A DNA stretch of 64,000 bases, taken from NCBI GenBank assembly GCA_052246995.1, contig JBQPWD010000006.1, positions 64,001-128,000 of the forward strand, given 5' to 3'. This document shows positions 20,790 through 30,030 of the stretch, in pieces (position 1 is the first letter of the stretch; each line of letters opens with the position of its first letter). The DNA is from Candidatus Bathyarchaeota archaeon. GTDB taxonomy: Archaea; Thermoproteota; Bathyarchaeia; Hecatellales; Hecatellaceae. Both the position numbers and the translations under genes were made by a program. A model generated the notes under the pieces. The model worked only from the letters and a program-made list of their open reading frames with translations. It had not been told where the DNA came from and made no database searches.

Positions 20790-22373
20790 ATGAGTACGGT
20801 AAAAGCTGAAAAAGTTGTAAAGTTTAAAATTCAAAGGTTTGACCCCTCAAAAGATGAGAAACCATATTTTATAGAGTATGAAGTCCCGATTGTTAAAGGA
20901 ACAACAATACTTGATGCTTTAATATATATAAAGCAGAACCTTGATAGTACGCTATCCATGAGATATTCGTGCAGAATGGGCATCTGCGGCTCATGTGCAA
21001 TGATTATTAACGGAATTCCTAGGCTTGCATGTGAAACACAAGTGCTTCAACTTGGAGAAGATGTTGTAGAAATTCAGCCGTTATCAAGTTTTCCACATGT
21101 AAGGGATCTTATCACCGATTTTAAAACGTTCTTTGCTAAGCATAAAAAGGTTAAAAGTTTCCTTATAAGGAAAGATGTTAAAGAACAGTTTAACCCTAAA
21201 GCTGAATACCTACAGCCTAAGGAAAAATTGAAGGAAATTTTGCCCTATACTAGATGTATTACGTGTGGAGTGTGTTATGCGTCATGCCCGGTAATAATTA
21301 AGAATGAAGGTTTCCTTGGTCCGGAAGCGTTAGCTAAGGCTTACCGCTACATTAGTGATTCTAGAGATGAGGGTGTTGAGAAAAGAATACCGACCTTGGA
21401 AGAGTATCCCCATGGCTGCTGGAGTTGTACAACCTGTTCAACATGTAAATTAAATTGTCCTAAAGAGGTTAGCGGTGTTGACTCGGTTATTAACATAAGG
21501 TCAATAATGACAGAAAAAGGTAAAATTCAGCCAACTCTTAGAGATGCGTTGGAAAGCATGTATCTACATGGTAACCCTTGGGGTAGGATTAGAGATAAAA
21601 GGTCAGCGTGGATACAGGACCAGAATCTAAGTATAAAGGATTTTTCAAAGGGTGAAAAAGCAGAATTATGTTGGTTTGTTGGTTGTACTCCAGCTTATGA
21701 CCCAAGAGTTCAGCAGGTTGCAGGAGCATTAGCAAGGATTTTACAAAAAGCTAACACTAATTTTGCTGTTCTGGGGAATGAGGAAAGTTGCTGTGGTAAT
21801 GAAGCTTATAATGTGGGGGAAATGGGGTTGTTCGATGAATTAAAAGAAGCTAATTTAAAACTTTTTGAGAAGTACAACATAGGTAGAGTTATAACTACAA
21901 GCCCACACTGTTATAATGCCTTTAGGAGTAGGTATGGTAAAATAAGTTTTGAAGTTCAACATTACACCCAATACTTAGCTGAATTGATTGAGAAGGGTAA
22001 ACTTAAATTTTCAAGGAAAGTTGAGAAAGTTGTAACTTACCATGACCCATGCTACCTTGGAAAAATTAATGAAGTTTACGAGGCGCCAAGGAAGGTTATT
22101 GAAAGTATTCCAGGAGTTAAATTTAAAGAACTACCTAGGTCTAGGAGAATGAGTTTATGCTGTGAAGGAGGAGGCGGGCTTATGTGGATGGATGTTCCAA
22201 CACCAAGACTTGGGGAATTTAGGGTTAAAGAGGCCATTGAAGTTGGCGCTGAGGTAATTCTTGTTTCATGTCCATTCTGCATGATAAACTTGGAGGATGC
22301 TGTTAAAACCACGGGCAATGAAGATAAGATTAAAGTTTTAGATGTGGCAGAGTTTCTTCTTGAAGAAATCTAA
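20790..22373 (+). CDS. SdhB-type Fe-S subunit fused to two CCG (HdrB/HdrD-like) domains, TfrB-like
   Basis: CRMGICGSC [2Fe-2S], CITCGVCYASCP and CTTCSTCKLNCP, then FVGC...SCCG...SPHC and YHDPC...CCEGGG...SCPFC. Confidence 0.9.
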   Translation: MSTVKAEKVVKFKIQRFDPSKDEKPYFIEYEVPIVKGTTILDALIYIKQNLDSTLSMRYSCRMGICGSCAMIINGIPRLACETQVLQLGEDVVEIQPLSSFPHVRDLITDFKTFFAKHKKVKSFLIRKDVKEQFNPKAEYLQPKEKLKEILPYTRCITCGVCYASCPVIIKNEGFLGPEALAKAYRYISDSRDEGVEKRIPTLEEYPHGCWSCTTCSTCKLNCPKEVSGVDSVINIRSIMTEKGKIQPTLRDALESMYLHGNPWGRIRDKRSAWIQDQNLSIKDFSKGEKAELCWFVGCTPAYDPRVQQVAGALARILQKANTNFAVLGNEESCCGNEAYNVGEMGLFDELKEANLKLFEKYNIGRVITTSPHCYNAFRSRYGKISFEVQHYTQYLAELIEKGKLKFSRKVEKVVTYHDPCYLGKINEVYEAPRKVIESIPGVKFKELPRSRRMSLCCEGGGGLMWMDVPTPRLGEFRVKEAIEVGAEVILVSCPFCMINLEDAVKTTGNEDKIKVLDVAEFLLEEI

Positions 22374-22480
22374 ATATTTAACATTTTTTACATTAAGTAA
22401 AAAAAGCTGTCGGTAAATAATGACAAGTTAACAGAAACTGTTTATAAAAATTAATAAACTTTTAGAAACTATTTAACTGT

Positions 22481-22894
22481 ATGCCTCTTCCAAGCTTTAC
22501 GTTAACATTTTACATAAAGCTTTTCGCGTTTTTAGTGTCATGGGTAATAGTGTCCTTAGCAGTTTACTTTGCAGGAAGGGTTATCGTTGGCGAAAAAGCA
22601 AAGTTTACCCGTTCGCTGCTGTTAACACTCGTAGGTGTAGTTATAATTAGTCTTTTCGCCATATTTACCATAACATTGCTTGGAAGGGTTATAGGTTTTA
22701 TACTAACTATGATTATTTGGCTTTGGTTAATAAGATACTTTTTTAATACAGGTTGGCTTGCAGCTTTAGGAGTTGCTGTTCTCTCAGTTTTTATGTTTAT
22801 AGTCATACTACTAATTTTAGGGTTTATTTTAGGCTTAACAGGGTTGTTAACTCTAACTTACCAACCTGGAGGTTTACATTTACCATGGATTTAA
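22481..22894 (+). CDS. Small integral membrane protein (about 4 TM)
   Basis: 137 aa, almost entirely hydrophobic, FFNTGW motif. Confidence 0.75.
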   Translation: MPLPSFTLTFYIKLFAFLVSWVIVSLAVYFAGRVIVGEKAKFTRSLLLTLVGVVIISLFAIFTITLLGRVIGFILTMIIWLWLIRYFFNTGWLAALGVAVLSVFMFIVILLILGFILGLTGLLTLTYQPGGLHLPWI

Positions 22895-22908
22895 ATACAT
22901 AAGTAGGG

Positions 22909-23625
22909 CTAGGTTAGGTCGCCACACGCACATTTAACCTCATAAAGCATTGTTAAAAGTTCATTAAACCCATTCCAAGTTTTTGCTGAAACTAGGGGTA
23001 TCCTTTGAGGAGGAAAAAACTTTTTAACTATGTTTGCAACCTCAAAATCTAGTTCTTCCCTTAAACTTTTACTTCTTTCAAATAAAAGAAGGGGGTTTTC
23101 AAGAAACATCCTAGTCTTTTTGACTTCATCTTTGCTTAGAAGGTCAACTTTATTCAATATAACAATAGATTCAACATTTAACGTGTATTTTGCTACAAGC
23201 GAGTAAAGATAAAAACCTATAAGATTTTGTCTTGAGGCTGTAAGGTCGACAATAAAGATAGAGGTACAGTCGTTAAGTTTTTCAACAATTTTTCTTCCAG
23301 AGTCTCTAAAAATAAATGGTTCAAGCTGCCCAGGAGTGTCAACAAAAGTAAAATCTACATTATCAAAGCTTGGAAAGCATACATCAGCAAGCATATCCAT
23401 AGCCTTAATAATAGCACCGTTAGGCCCCAAACCATCAGTTCGCATAATCTTTTCAACAGTAAATTTTTCACGAATATCAAAGTCAGGGTTATAGGGAGTT
23501 TCAAGAACCCCTGGGTCCAGATTTATATACTTAACACTATAACCTTCATTTTCAAGATAAAGACCGAAATTTTTTGTTAACAAACTTTTACCTGAACCTG
23601 CGGGTCCCAAGATAAGGATGTTCAT
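22909..23625 (-). CDS. GPN-loop GTPase
   Basis: GPAGSGKS, NLDPG, GLGPNGA, DTPGQ, NKVD, C-terminal CACGDLT. Confidence 0.95.
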   Translation of the reverse strand: MNILILGPAGSGKSLLTKNFGLYLENEGYSVKYINLDPGVLETPYNPDFDIREKFTVEKIMRTDGLGPNGAIIKAMDMLADVCFPSFDNVDFTFVDTPGQLEPFIFRDSGRKIVEKLNDCTSIFIVDLTASRQNLIGFYLYSLVAKYTLNVESIVILNKVDLLSKDEVKKTRMFLENPLLLFERSKSLREELDFEVANIVKKFFPPQRIPLVSAKTWNGFNELLTMLYEVKCACGDLT

Positions 23626-23696
23626 TTTATAGGTTTAAAGTTGCTCTTACTCTTAAAGTTTATAAAATAAAAACTTACAATTATTGAGAGAATAAA

Positions 23697-24128
23697 TTGA
23701 TTGGAAGTTACATATTAATTTTAAGTTTAGGGAAAGATTGCAGGTTAAAAATTGGAAGTTTAGGTTTTTTAAACTTTAAAAAAGGTTATTACTGCTATGT
23801 TGGTTCAGCTTTAGGTAGAAACATCAGCATAGAAAACCGTGTTGAAAGATATAAAAAAATTGCTGAAAAGAAAAATGGAAGGGTAAGGTGGCATATAGAC
23901 TACCTTCTCGTTTGTAAACACACAAAACTTTTAGAATCTATACTTATACCATCCAAAACTAGAATTGAATGTAAGGTTTCAAAGATAGTTGAAAGTTTGG
24001 CTGACAAGGTTATACAAGACTTTGGAGCATCAGATTGCAGGATGGGCTGTAAAGGACACCTATACTACTTTAAGCATAATCCATTAACAATTTTAACCAA
24101 AATAGGATGGAAACGTTTTAAACTTTAA
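23697..24128 (+). CDS. DUF123 / GIY-YIG-like putative nuclease
   Basis: G.Y.YVGSA, RWHIDYLL, FGASDC..GC.GHL. Confidence 0.88.
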   Translation: MIGSYILILSLGKDCRLKIGSLGFLNFKKGYYCYVGSALGRNISIENRVERYKKIAEKKNGRVRWHIDYLLVCKHTKLLESILIPSKTRIECKVSKIVESLADKVIQDFGASDCRMGCKGHLYYFKHNPLTILTKIGWKRFKL

Positions 24129-24184
24129 AAGGTAAAAAGTTAAGGTTAAGGTTTCTCTTACTTAATTTTATAGTCTTCCACGAA

Positions 24185-24487
24185 CTACGCTGACGGCTTC
24201 TCTACGGATATTTCTATTATGCTTACGTTTGATTTCTTGCCTTCTCTTTCAACAACTTCTGTTCCAATGTTTATGTCTTTGACAACAAGGTCTTTTATGA
24301 AAGCTCTTTTCAAAAGTTCGACAACATCTACAGCTTTACTTATTGCTGCACCTCTAGCTTTCAAAACAACGTTTGTAATACCTTGGTTGAAGAACGTTAT
24401 ACATGCAACAACATAGTTCATTACAGGTTTTTTACCAACTAAAACAACATTTGTTTTTGATTCTTGCTGAGACATAACATTTCTCAC
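24185..24487 (-). CDS. albA: DNA/RNA-binding protein Alba
   Basis: [24 protein letters not shown]. The start may be the later ATG (MSQQE). Confidence 0.96.
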   Translation of the reverse strand: MRNVMSQQESKTNVVLVGKKPVMNYVVACITFFNQGITNVVLKARGAAISKAVDVVELLKRAFIKDLVVKDINIGTEVVEREGKKSNVSIIEISVEKPSA

Positions 24488-24636
24488 CTCTTTCTAGTTA
24501 TTTTGAATTTTTGAGTATTCTACCAATGACCATTTATCCACAGCTAGGTCTTATCCTAAGGTTTATAAGGACTATTTATTTAAAGTTTACTTTTAAGCTT
24601 ATTTATGGTCTAAAAATTATGGGTTTTAAGCTTAAA

Positions 24637-25815
24637 TTAACCCTCCCTTTCAAGTAAAGTTGCAACCCCCTGCCCTCCACCAACGCATGCTGCGGCTACA
24701 CCATACCTTGCACCTTTAAGGTTTAATATTCTAGCTAAAGTTCCAACAATTCTTACACCTGTCATACCTAGCGGATGGCCTAATGCTATAGCACCACCTT
24801 TAATATTCACCTTTTCATAAGGGATTCCTAACTCTTTGATAACATGTAATGTTACAACAGCAAAAGCCTCATTAACCTCCCAAAAGTCTATATCACTAAC
24901 GCTTAATCCAGTTTTAGATAGAAGCTTTTTTACAGCTTCAGCAGAACCTTTACCCATAAGCGTCGGGTCAACACCAACCCAACTCATTCCCTTAATTTTT
25001 GCTAAAGGTTTAACCCCGTACTCTTTAGCTTTTTCTTTGGACATCAAAAGGATAGCGGCAGCACCGTCATTTAATGGTGAAGAATTTCCTGCAGTAATTA
25101 CACCTCTAGGTTTAAATGCTGGGGGTAAACTTGAAATTTTTTCAAGGGTTGTATCAGGTCTAACGCTTAAATCCTTATCAACAACTATTTTCCGTCCATC
25201 TGGAAGGGAAACTTCTATGGGAATTATTTCTTCTTTAAAATATCCTTCTTCATAAGCTTTTGCGGCTAATTGATGGCTACGTAGAGACCATCTGTCCATC
25301 TCCTCTTTACTGATATGAGATTCTTCAGCAAGTTTTTCAGCGGTTAATCCCATACTTATACCTATAGACCAGTCAAATCTTTTTTCTTCGTTAACAAATT
25401 TCTGGTTAATGTTTACATTATAACCCATAGGTATATGGGTCATATGTTCATACCCTCCAGCAATAACAACATCAGAATATCCACACATAATCTCCATAGC
25501 ACCTACATGAATTGCTGACATTGAGGAGCCACACTGTCTATCAATAGCCATGGCAGAGGTTTTTAACGGTAACCCTGCCGCGAGACTGATAAGTCTTCCA
25601 CCATAACTCCATTGTTCTGCCGTCTGATTGGAACATCCAAGAATACATTCATCAACATCTTCAAGTTTAATATCTACTTTCTTAACAAGCTCCTTAATAA
25701 CAGTCACGATAAGCTCGTCTGAGCGTATCCAGTTAAACAAGTCTCTTTCAGGTTCTGTTGGACGAGCCCTAGAAATTGGAGTTCTTAGATAGGAAACAAT
25801 TACCGCCTCCTTCAA
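24637..25815 (-). CDS. Acetyl-CoA C-acyltransferase (thiolase)
   Basis: RQCGSS, TAGNSSPLNDGA, EVNEAFA, GHPLG, CVGGGQG. Confidence 0.95.
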   Translation of the reverse strand: MKEAVIVSYLRTPISRARPTEPERDLFNWIRSDELIVTVIKELVKKVDIKLEDVDECILGCSNQTAEQWSYGGRLISLAAGLPLKTSAMAIDRQCGSSMSAIHVGAMEIMCGYSDVVIAGGYEHMTHIPMGYNVNINQKFVNEEKRFDWSIGISMGLTAEKLAEESHISKEEMDRWSLRSHQLAAKAYEEGYFKEEIIPIEVSLPDGRKIVVDKDLSVRPDTTLEKISSLPPAFKPRGVITAGNSSPLNDGAAAILLMSKEKAKEYGVKPLAKIKGMSWVGVDPTLMGKGSAEAVKKLLSKTGLSVSDIDFWEVNEAFAVVTLHVIKELGIPYEKVNIKGGAIALGHPLGMTGVRIVGTLARILNLKGARYGVAAACVGGGQGVATLLEREG

Positions 25816-25877
25816 TTTAACATAACCTCCAATTAAATAGCGGGTTAATTAAAGTTTAAAATAGTATCCTTTTTTCA

Positions 25878-25894
25878 GGAGAAAACTTTTCTCC
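25878..25894. promoter_or_regulatory. Perfect 8-1-8 inverted repeat in a divergent promoter region
   Basis: GGAGAAAA-C-TTTTCTCC between the thiolase and yhfC-like starts. Confidence 0.45.
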
Positions 25895-25959
25895 GTAAAC
25901 TTGATTAGCAAATTTATCTATAACCTTTAACAATCCTTACTTAGCATTGTTGACAGGCA

Positions 25960-26646
25960 ATGTTTACCAGCCAGATGATAACGCTATCGGTACTAACATT
26001 TGCTACTCTGCTTTCAGTTATACCCGCTTTGCTAGTGTTTATTTTAATTGCAAAAAGAAACAAAAATTTATGGTTTTCATTTATTTTCGGCGGGTTTGGA
26101 TGGGCTGGAGCATTAATCTTGCGTTTAATTCCTCTTCAAGTTCCAATTCTTTTTTACGACACATCTTTTCTCATCTCCAGTATATACTATTTTGCCTATA
26201 CTGCATTGTTGGCGGGGTTTTTTGAAGAGGTGGTACGTTACATTTTACTTAGTAAAGTTAAGCTTACAAGGTTAAGTTTAAAAAACGTTTTATCCTTTGG
26301 TTTGGGTTGAGGGTTCATGGAGGCGTTGCTTGTTTATGTTTTTGGACTTTTACCGCTTCTTTATCTTGGATACAACTTAACATTAATGGATATTTTACCA
26401 GGAGTGGTTGAGAGGAATATCGCAATACTTTTGCACATATCTTTAACGTTTATAGTTTTTAGTAGTTTTTTTGCAGGTAGGAGACTTCTTTTAATTGCTG
26501 TGTCTTTTCACAGTATGGTAGACTTTATAGCCTCATACCTTTTCCGCATCATAAATTTACCTTTATGGTATGTTGAACTAGTAATCTTGCTGGCAGCTTT
26601 GGTTATAACTGTTTATGCATATACCCTTGTAAGAAGGTTAAAGTAA
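25960..26646 (+). pseudogene. YhfC/PrsW-type glutamic intramembrane protease interrupted by one in-frame TGA
   Basis: AGFFEEVVRY, FGLG*GFMEA (TGA at 26308-26310), ER...LLH and H..VD motifs. Track ORFs 25960..26310 and 26317..26646 are in the same frame. Confidence 0.85.
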
Positions 26647-26772
26647 AAGTAAACCTTCACTTAAGTTTGGTCAACATCGTCAATAAAAGCTAATATAAGG
26701 ATGCTATAAAAATAGCAGGCTATGAATACCGCAAAACCTCTCTTGAAAGAGATGCAGACTGTGTTAAGTAGC

Positions 26773-28029
26773 CTAACCAGGCTTCTTTCCTAAGTACTCG
26801 CATATCCTCTTCGAAACCTTAACAGCCAAAGCCATTATAAGCAGTATTGGCGGCTTTCCAAGCGGTGGAGGTATTAAGCTAGCATCAGCTACAAACACAC
26901 CATCACAGCCATTTATAGTCAGATCACTAGAAACTACGTAGCCTATTGCTGCCGTTCCACCTGGATGAGCTCCCCTTACATGAGTCAGGACAACATCCTC
27001 ATCCTTAACACCTAATTCAAAAAGCAAGTTCTTGGCTTTTTCAATTCCCATTTCAAGGATTTTTATGTCCCTCCTCGACATGTAAGGTTCAACAACTCCG
27101 TCAGGCCATACCACCCCCCTACCTTCATCAGCCACCTTTACCATAACGGATGCAATACTCTTACCCTCATGGTCAATACCCTTCATTGTCAGCTGAGACG
27201 ACAAAAGACCTGAATAATGAGGTGAGAGTAAGAAGTTACCGCAATCAGCGTAGGCAGCCATTGGAATTCCGTTACTTGCAGAAGGTCCATCATAAGGTCC
27301 ACCTACTGTAACAAACGGATCTATGAAGAGGTTTTTTCCAATATTCTCATCATTATGAAGTTGAGCTAGAAGTTGAGGTGTTTCAATCGCACCAGCAGCT
27401 AAAACAAGAGCCTTACACTTAATTCTAACCCTCTCATCCATCATAACTCCTTCCACAACTATCTCTCCTTGACCGGACTTGTGTAGCCTGTCAACCGTAA
27501 AACGGTTTAATAAAACTAAACCATGTTGTACACTCATCCTGACAAGGTCAAGAGCAGTATACTTTGCGTTTTTCAGACAGCCATAAGCACATTTACCGCA
27601 ACCAACACATTTGATAAAGTCAATAGACTTCGGCATAATTCTTGCTTCCAGCCCAATCCTCTTGCTAACCTCGATGAACTTAACAGCAAACAATGGCAAC
27701 TTATCCGGGGGAATATTAGCAACGTGCATAAGCCTACATACCTCATCAACCTCAGCCGTTAAGTCGATGCCAAGCCTCTTAAACCTGCTAATTAACGCTT
27801 TTGTGGTAAGCATGTTTCCAAACGATACAAGTGTTGAACCTCCTACACACTTACACCTAAGTATCTCGATTGGAGATAGAGTAGGGTGGTAGCCTAAATG
27901 TGCTTTTTCGAGACCTACATCCCCGCTTGACTCTAGTAGAGCTACCTTAAACCCCCAACGTGTAAGCTTGTATGACACGGTACTACCTCCAGCACCACTA
28001 CCCACAACACTCACATCAACGTTCATCAT
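26773..28029 (-). CDS. GMC-family FAD oxidoreductase with inserted 4Fe-4S motif
   Basis: GSGAGG, VGGST, CVGCGKCAYGC, LAAGAIETP, AHPGGT, VADAS. Confidence 0.9.
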   Translation of the reverse strand: MMNVDVSVVGSGAGGSTVSYKLTRWGFKVALLESSGDVGLEKAHLGYHPTLSPIEILRCKCVGGSTLVSFGNMLTTKALISRFKRLGIDLTAEVDEVCRLMHVANIPPDKLPLFAVKFIEVSKRIGLEARIMPKSIDFIKCVGCGKCAYGCLKNAKYTALDLVRMSVQHGLVLLNRFTVDRLHKSGQGEIVVEGVMMDERVRIKCKALVLAAGAIETPQLLAQLHNDENIGKNLFIDPFVTVGGPYDGPSASNGIPMAAYADCGNFLLSPHYSGLLSSQLTMKGIDHEGKSIASVMVKVADEGRGVVWPDGVVEPYMSRRDIKILEMGIEKAKNLLFELGVKDEDVVLTHVRGAHPGGTAAIGYVVSSDLTINGCDGVFVADASLIPPPLGKPPILLIMALAVKVSKRICEYLGKKPG

Positions 28030-28292
28030 GATTTAACCACTCATATAACATAGTCTACAAAAAACTATATGAATATCAAAGTTACACCTTTTATAGCTAC
28101 TCGAGAATAAACAGCATCCCTAAACTTAAAAAAAAGTCTACTGCTTTAAGCACCTTAATTTTCCATGCCCACACCGTAGTATTTGCTGATGCTTTATTTT
28201 GTGTACCGTTCAAAAAGTTTTAACAACAATTTCAAGCCTTGTTTGAAGTTGATGAATTGAGTTGCCTTTTTAATTGGTTTAAAATTAGAGGT

Positions 28293-28442
28293 TTAGCTTG
28301 TTAAATAGTTGATTTTTAAACGTTTTCTTTTTACAGCTACAATTCTCTCCTCTTCTCCTATCTTTTTACCGCATCCTCTGCATACGATAGTTTTCTCACT
28401 ATTTAGGTAGCCACAGTGGATGCATGGAAGATAAGCAACCAT
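28293..28442 (-). CDS. Small zinc-ribbon protein
   Basis: MVAYLPCIHCGYLNSEKTIVCRGCGKKI with two CxxC pairs. ATG at 28442 preferred over the track's upstream start. Confidence 0.65.
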   Translation of the reverse strand: MVAYLPCIHCGYLNSEKTIVCRGCGKKIGEEERIVAVKRKRLKINYLTS

Positions 28443-28747
28443 CAGGTTTTCCCTTAAGTGGTAGGATAAAACTACCAAATCACTATATCATTAAACAATT
28501 ATATTAATGGTTAAAACATCAAAAGCTATGTTTTAAATCTAAAAGTTGGTTAAGTTAGGCTTATTTAAGACAAGAAGTTTAAAAAATAGTTAGGTAAAAA
28601 TGTTAAAGTTTTATAAGATTAAGATAATCATGAACTTAAGTGTAAGGGTTTATGGTTCATCTCTCTACAACATGTACCTATGAAAAATGTTGTATACATC
28701 TGTAAGTTTTAGCATAACCAGGTTGGAGGGGTTGAAAAACTTTTTCA

Positions 28748-29395
28748 TCAACCTTCTAACAAGTCTTTCATAGTGTCTATTGCTTTCCAGTAACCATTAA
28801 ACATGTATCCGTTTATTCTGACTTTTGGAAAAGTTTCTTTTTCTATATCACCTTTATCTGGAAGTTTATCAATAATGGATTCGTTAACCAAGTATATTCC
28901 TCCATTTATCCAGTATGGTAGTTTTGGCTTCTCTCTAAATCCTAGAACTACACCATCATTTGAAACTTCAACAATACCATAAGGGCTTGTAAGTGGTACA
29001 AGAAGCATTGTAACTTCAAACTTCCTCTTTCTATGAGAACTTATAAAATCATTTAAATCTAGGTTGGTGATGATGTCACCGTTTAAAATCAAGTATTCGT
29101 TTGATGGAAAACTTTTCATCGCCTTTTTTATTCCACCACCAGTTCCAAGCTTTTCCTCCTCTACGGAATAATAAATGTTTACATTAAAATTTGAGCCGTC
29201 ACCAAAAAATTCCCTAATTTTTTCCCAGCGGTAGCCACAAGCAAAGATAACATCCCTAACACCATAACCTGATAAATACTCGATTTGATACTGACTTAAA
29301 GGTTTTCCCTTATACTGCACAAGAACTTTAGGAACTCTTTCAGTTAACGGTCTTAACCTAAGACCCAACCCTCCGGCTAGAATGATAGCCTTCAA
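28748..29395 (-). CDS. Sugar-phosphate nucleotidyltransferase (NTP_transferase family)
   Basis: ILAGGLGLRLRPLT...PK, EEEKLGTGG, NGD, EKP, INGGIY. Confidence 0.93.
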   Translation of the reverse strand: MKAIILAGGLGLRLRPLTERVPKVLVQYKGKPLSQYQIEYLSGYGVRDVIFACGYRWEKIREFFGDGSNFNVNIYYSVEEEKLGTGGGIKKAMKSFPSNEYLILNGDIITNLDLNDFISSHRKRKFEVTMLLVPLTSPYGIVEVSNDGVVLGFREKPKLPYWINGGIYLVNESIIDKLPDKGDIEKETFPKVRINGYMFNGYWKAIDTMKDLLEG

Positions 29396-29409
29396 GAAAG
29401 ACTCCCCAA

Positions 29410-29445
29410 AAATTAAGCATAAATTCCACCCAAATTAAGCATAAA
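29410..29445. repeat. 14-bp direct repeat at 22-bp period in promoter region
   Basis: AAATTAAGCATAAA at 29410-29423 and 29432-29445, between a TATA-like TTTATAAA and the nucleotidyltransferase start. Confidence 0.5.
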
Positions 29446-29689
29446 AACTTGTTTATAAATTTGCCTAAAGCATGTTATAATTGGTTTTATTAAAGGTTTA
29501 CCTGTAGTTTAGACGTGTTTAGTGATTACAGCATAAAGCATCTATGTAGAAAACGGTTTTGATCGAAGAATCAGAGTTTCCAAGAAGCTATGAAAAAGAT
29601 GTCCTTTCTACCATCTAACCCGTTTTTGTTGAGAAATGTTGAGTTAAATTTAAAACTGGCTGAATGATAAAAAAATTACATTTTTTTAC

Positions 29690-30028
29690 TTACTTTTCAG
29701 GTTTGTAGTATACTAGCTGTTTCTGGTAGGCTGGAGGTTGGTAAGCTGGTTCAGCCTTTATTGCTTTTTGAAGACAATTTTCAACACAAACATGGCAGTA
29801 TATACACTTGTAGGGGTCATAGGTTATAGTTTTAGCTTCAGGGTCAACTTTTATAGCTACAGGCGGACATAAACGTTCACAATCTTGACATAAATCACAT
29901 TTTTCCATGTCAAAAACTATTATTCGTCCTCTATGTTCAGAGAAGGGTTCCCTTCTGATGAAGGGATGTTTAACTGTTGCAGGTTTTGAGAAAAGGTTTT
30001 TCAGTATGTTTGGAAGCATCCAAACCAT
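29690..30028 (-). CDS. echF: Ech hydrogenase 2x[4Fe-4S] subunit (NuoI-like)
   Basis: KNLFSKPAT..P...RG, CDLCQDCERLCP, CIYCHVCVENC. Confidence 0.9.
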   Translation of the reverse strand: MVWMLPNILKNLFSKPATVKHPFIRREPFSEHRGRIIVFDMEKCDLCQDCERLCPPVAIKVDPEAKTITYDPYKCIYCHVCVENCLQKAIKAEPAYQPPAYQKQLVYYKPEK

Positions 30029-30030
30029 TC

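Noticed and set aside
25947-26225. Alternative-frame 92-aa ORF over the yhfC-like gene
   Set aside because: It has no motif, and the overlapping frame carries the conserved protease motifs.
26308-26310. Selenocysteine or genome-wide TGA recoding at the yhfC in-frame stop
   Set aside because: The position corresponds to Trp/His rather than Cys, no other gene in the window needs TGA readthrough, and TGA terminates several intact genes.
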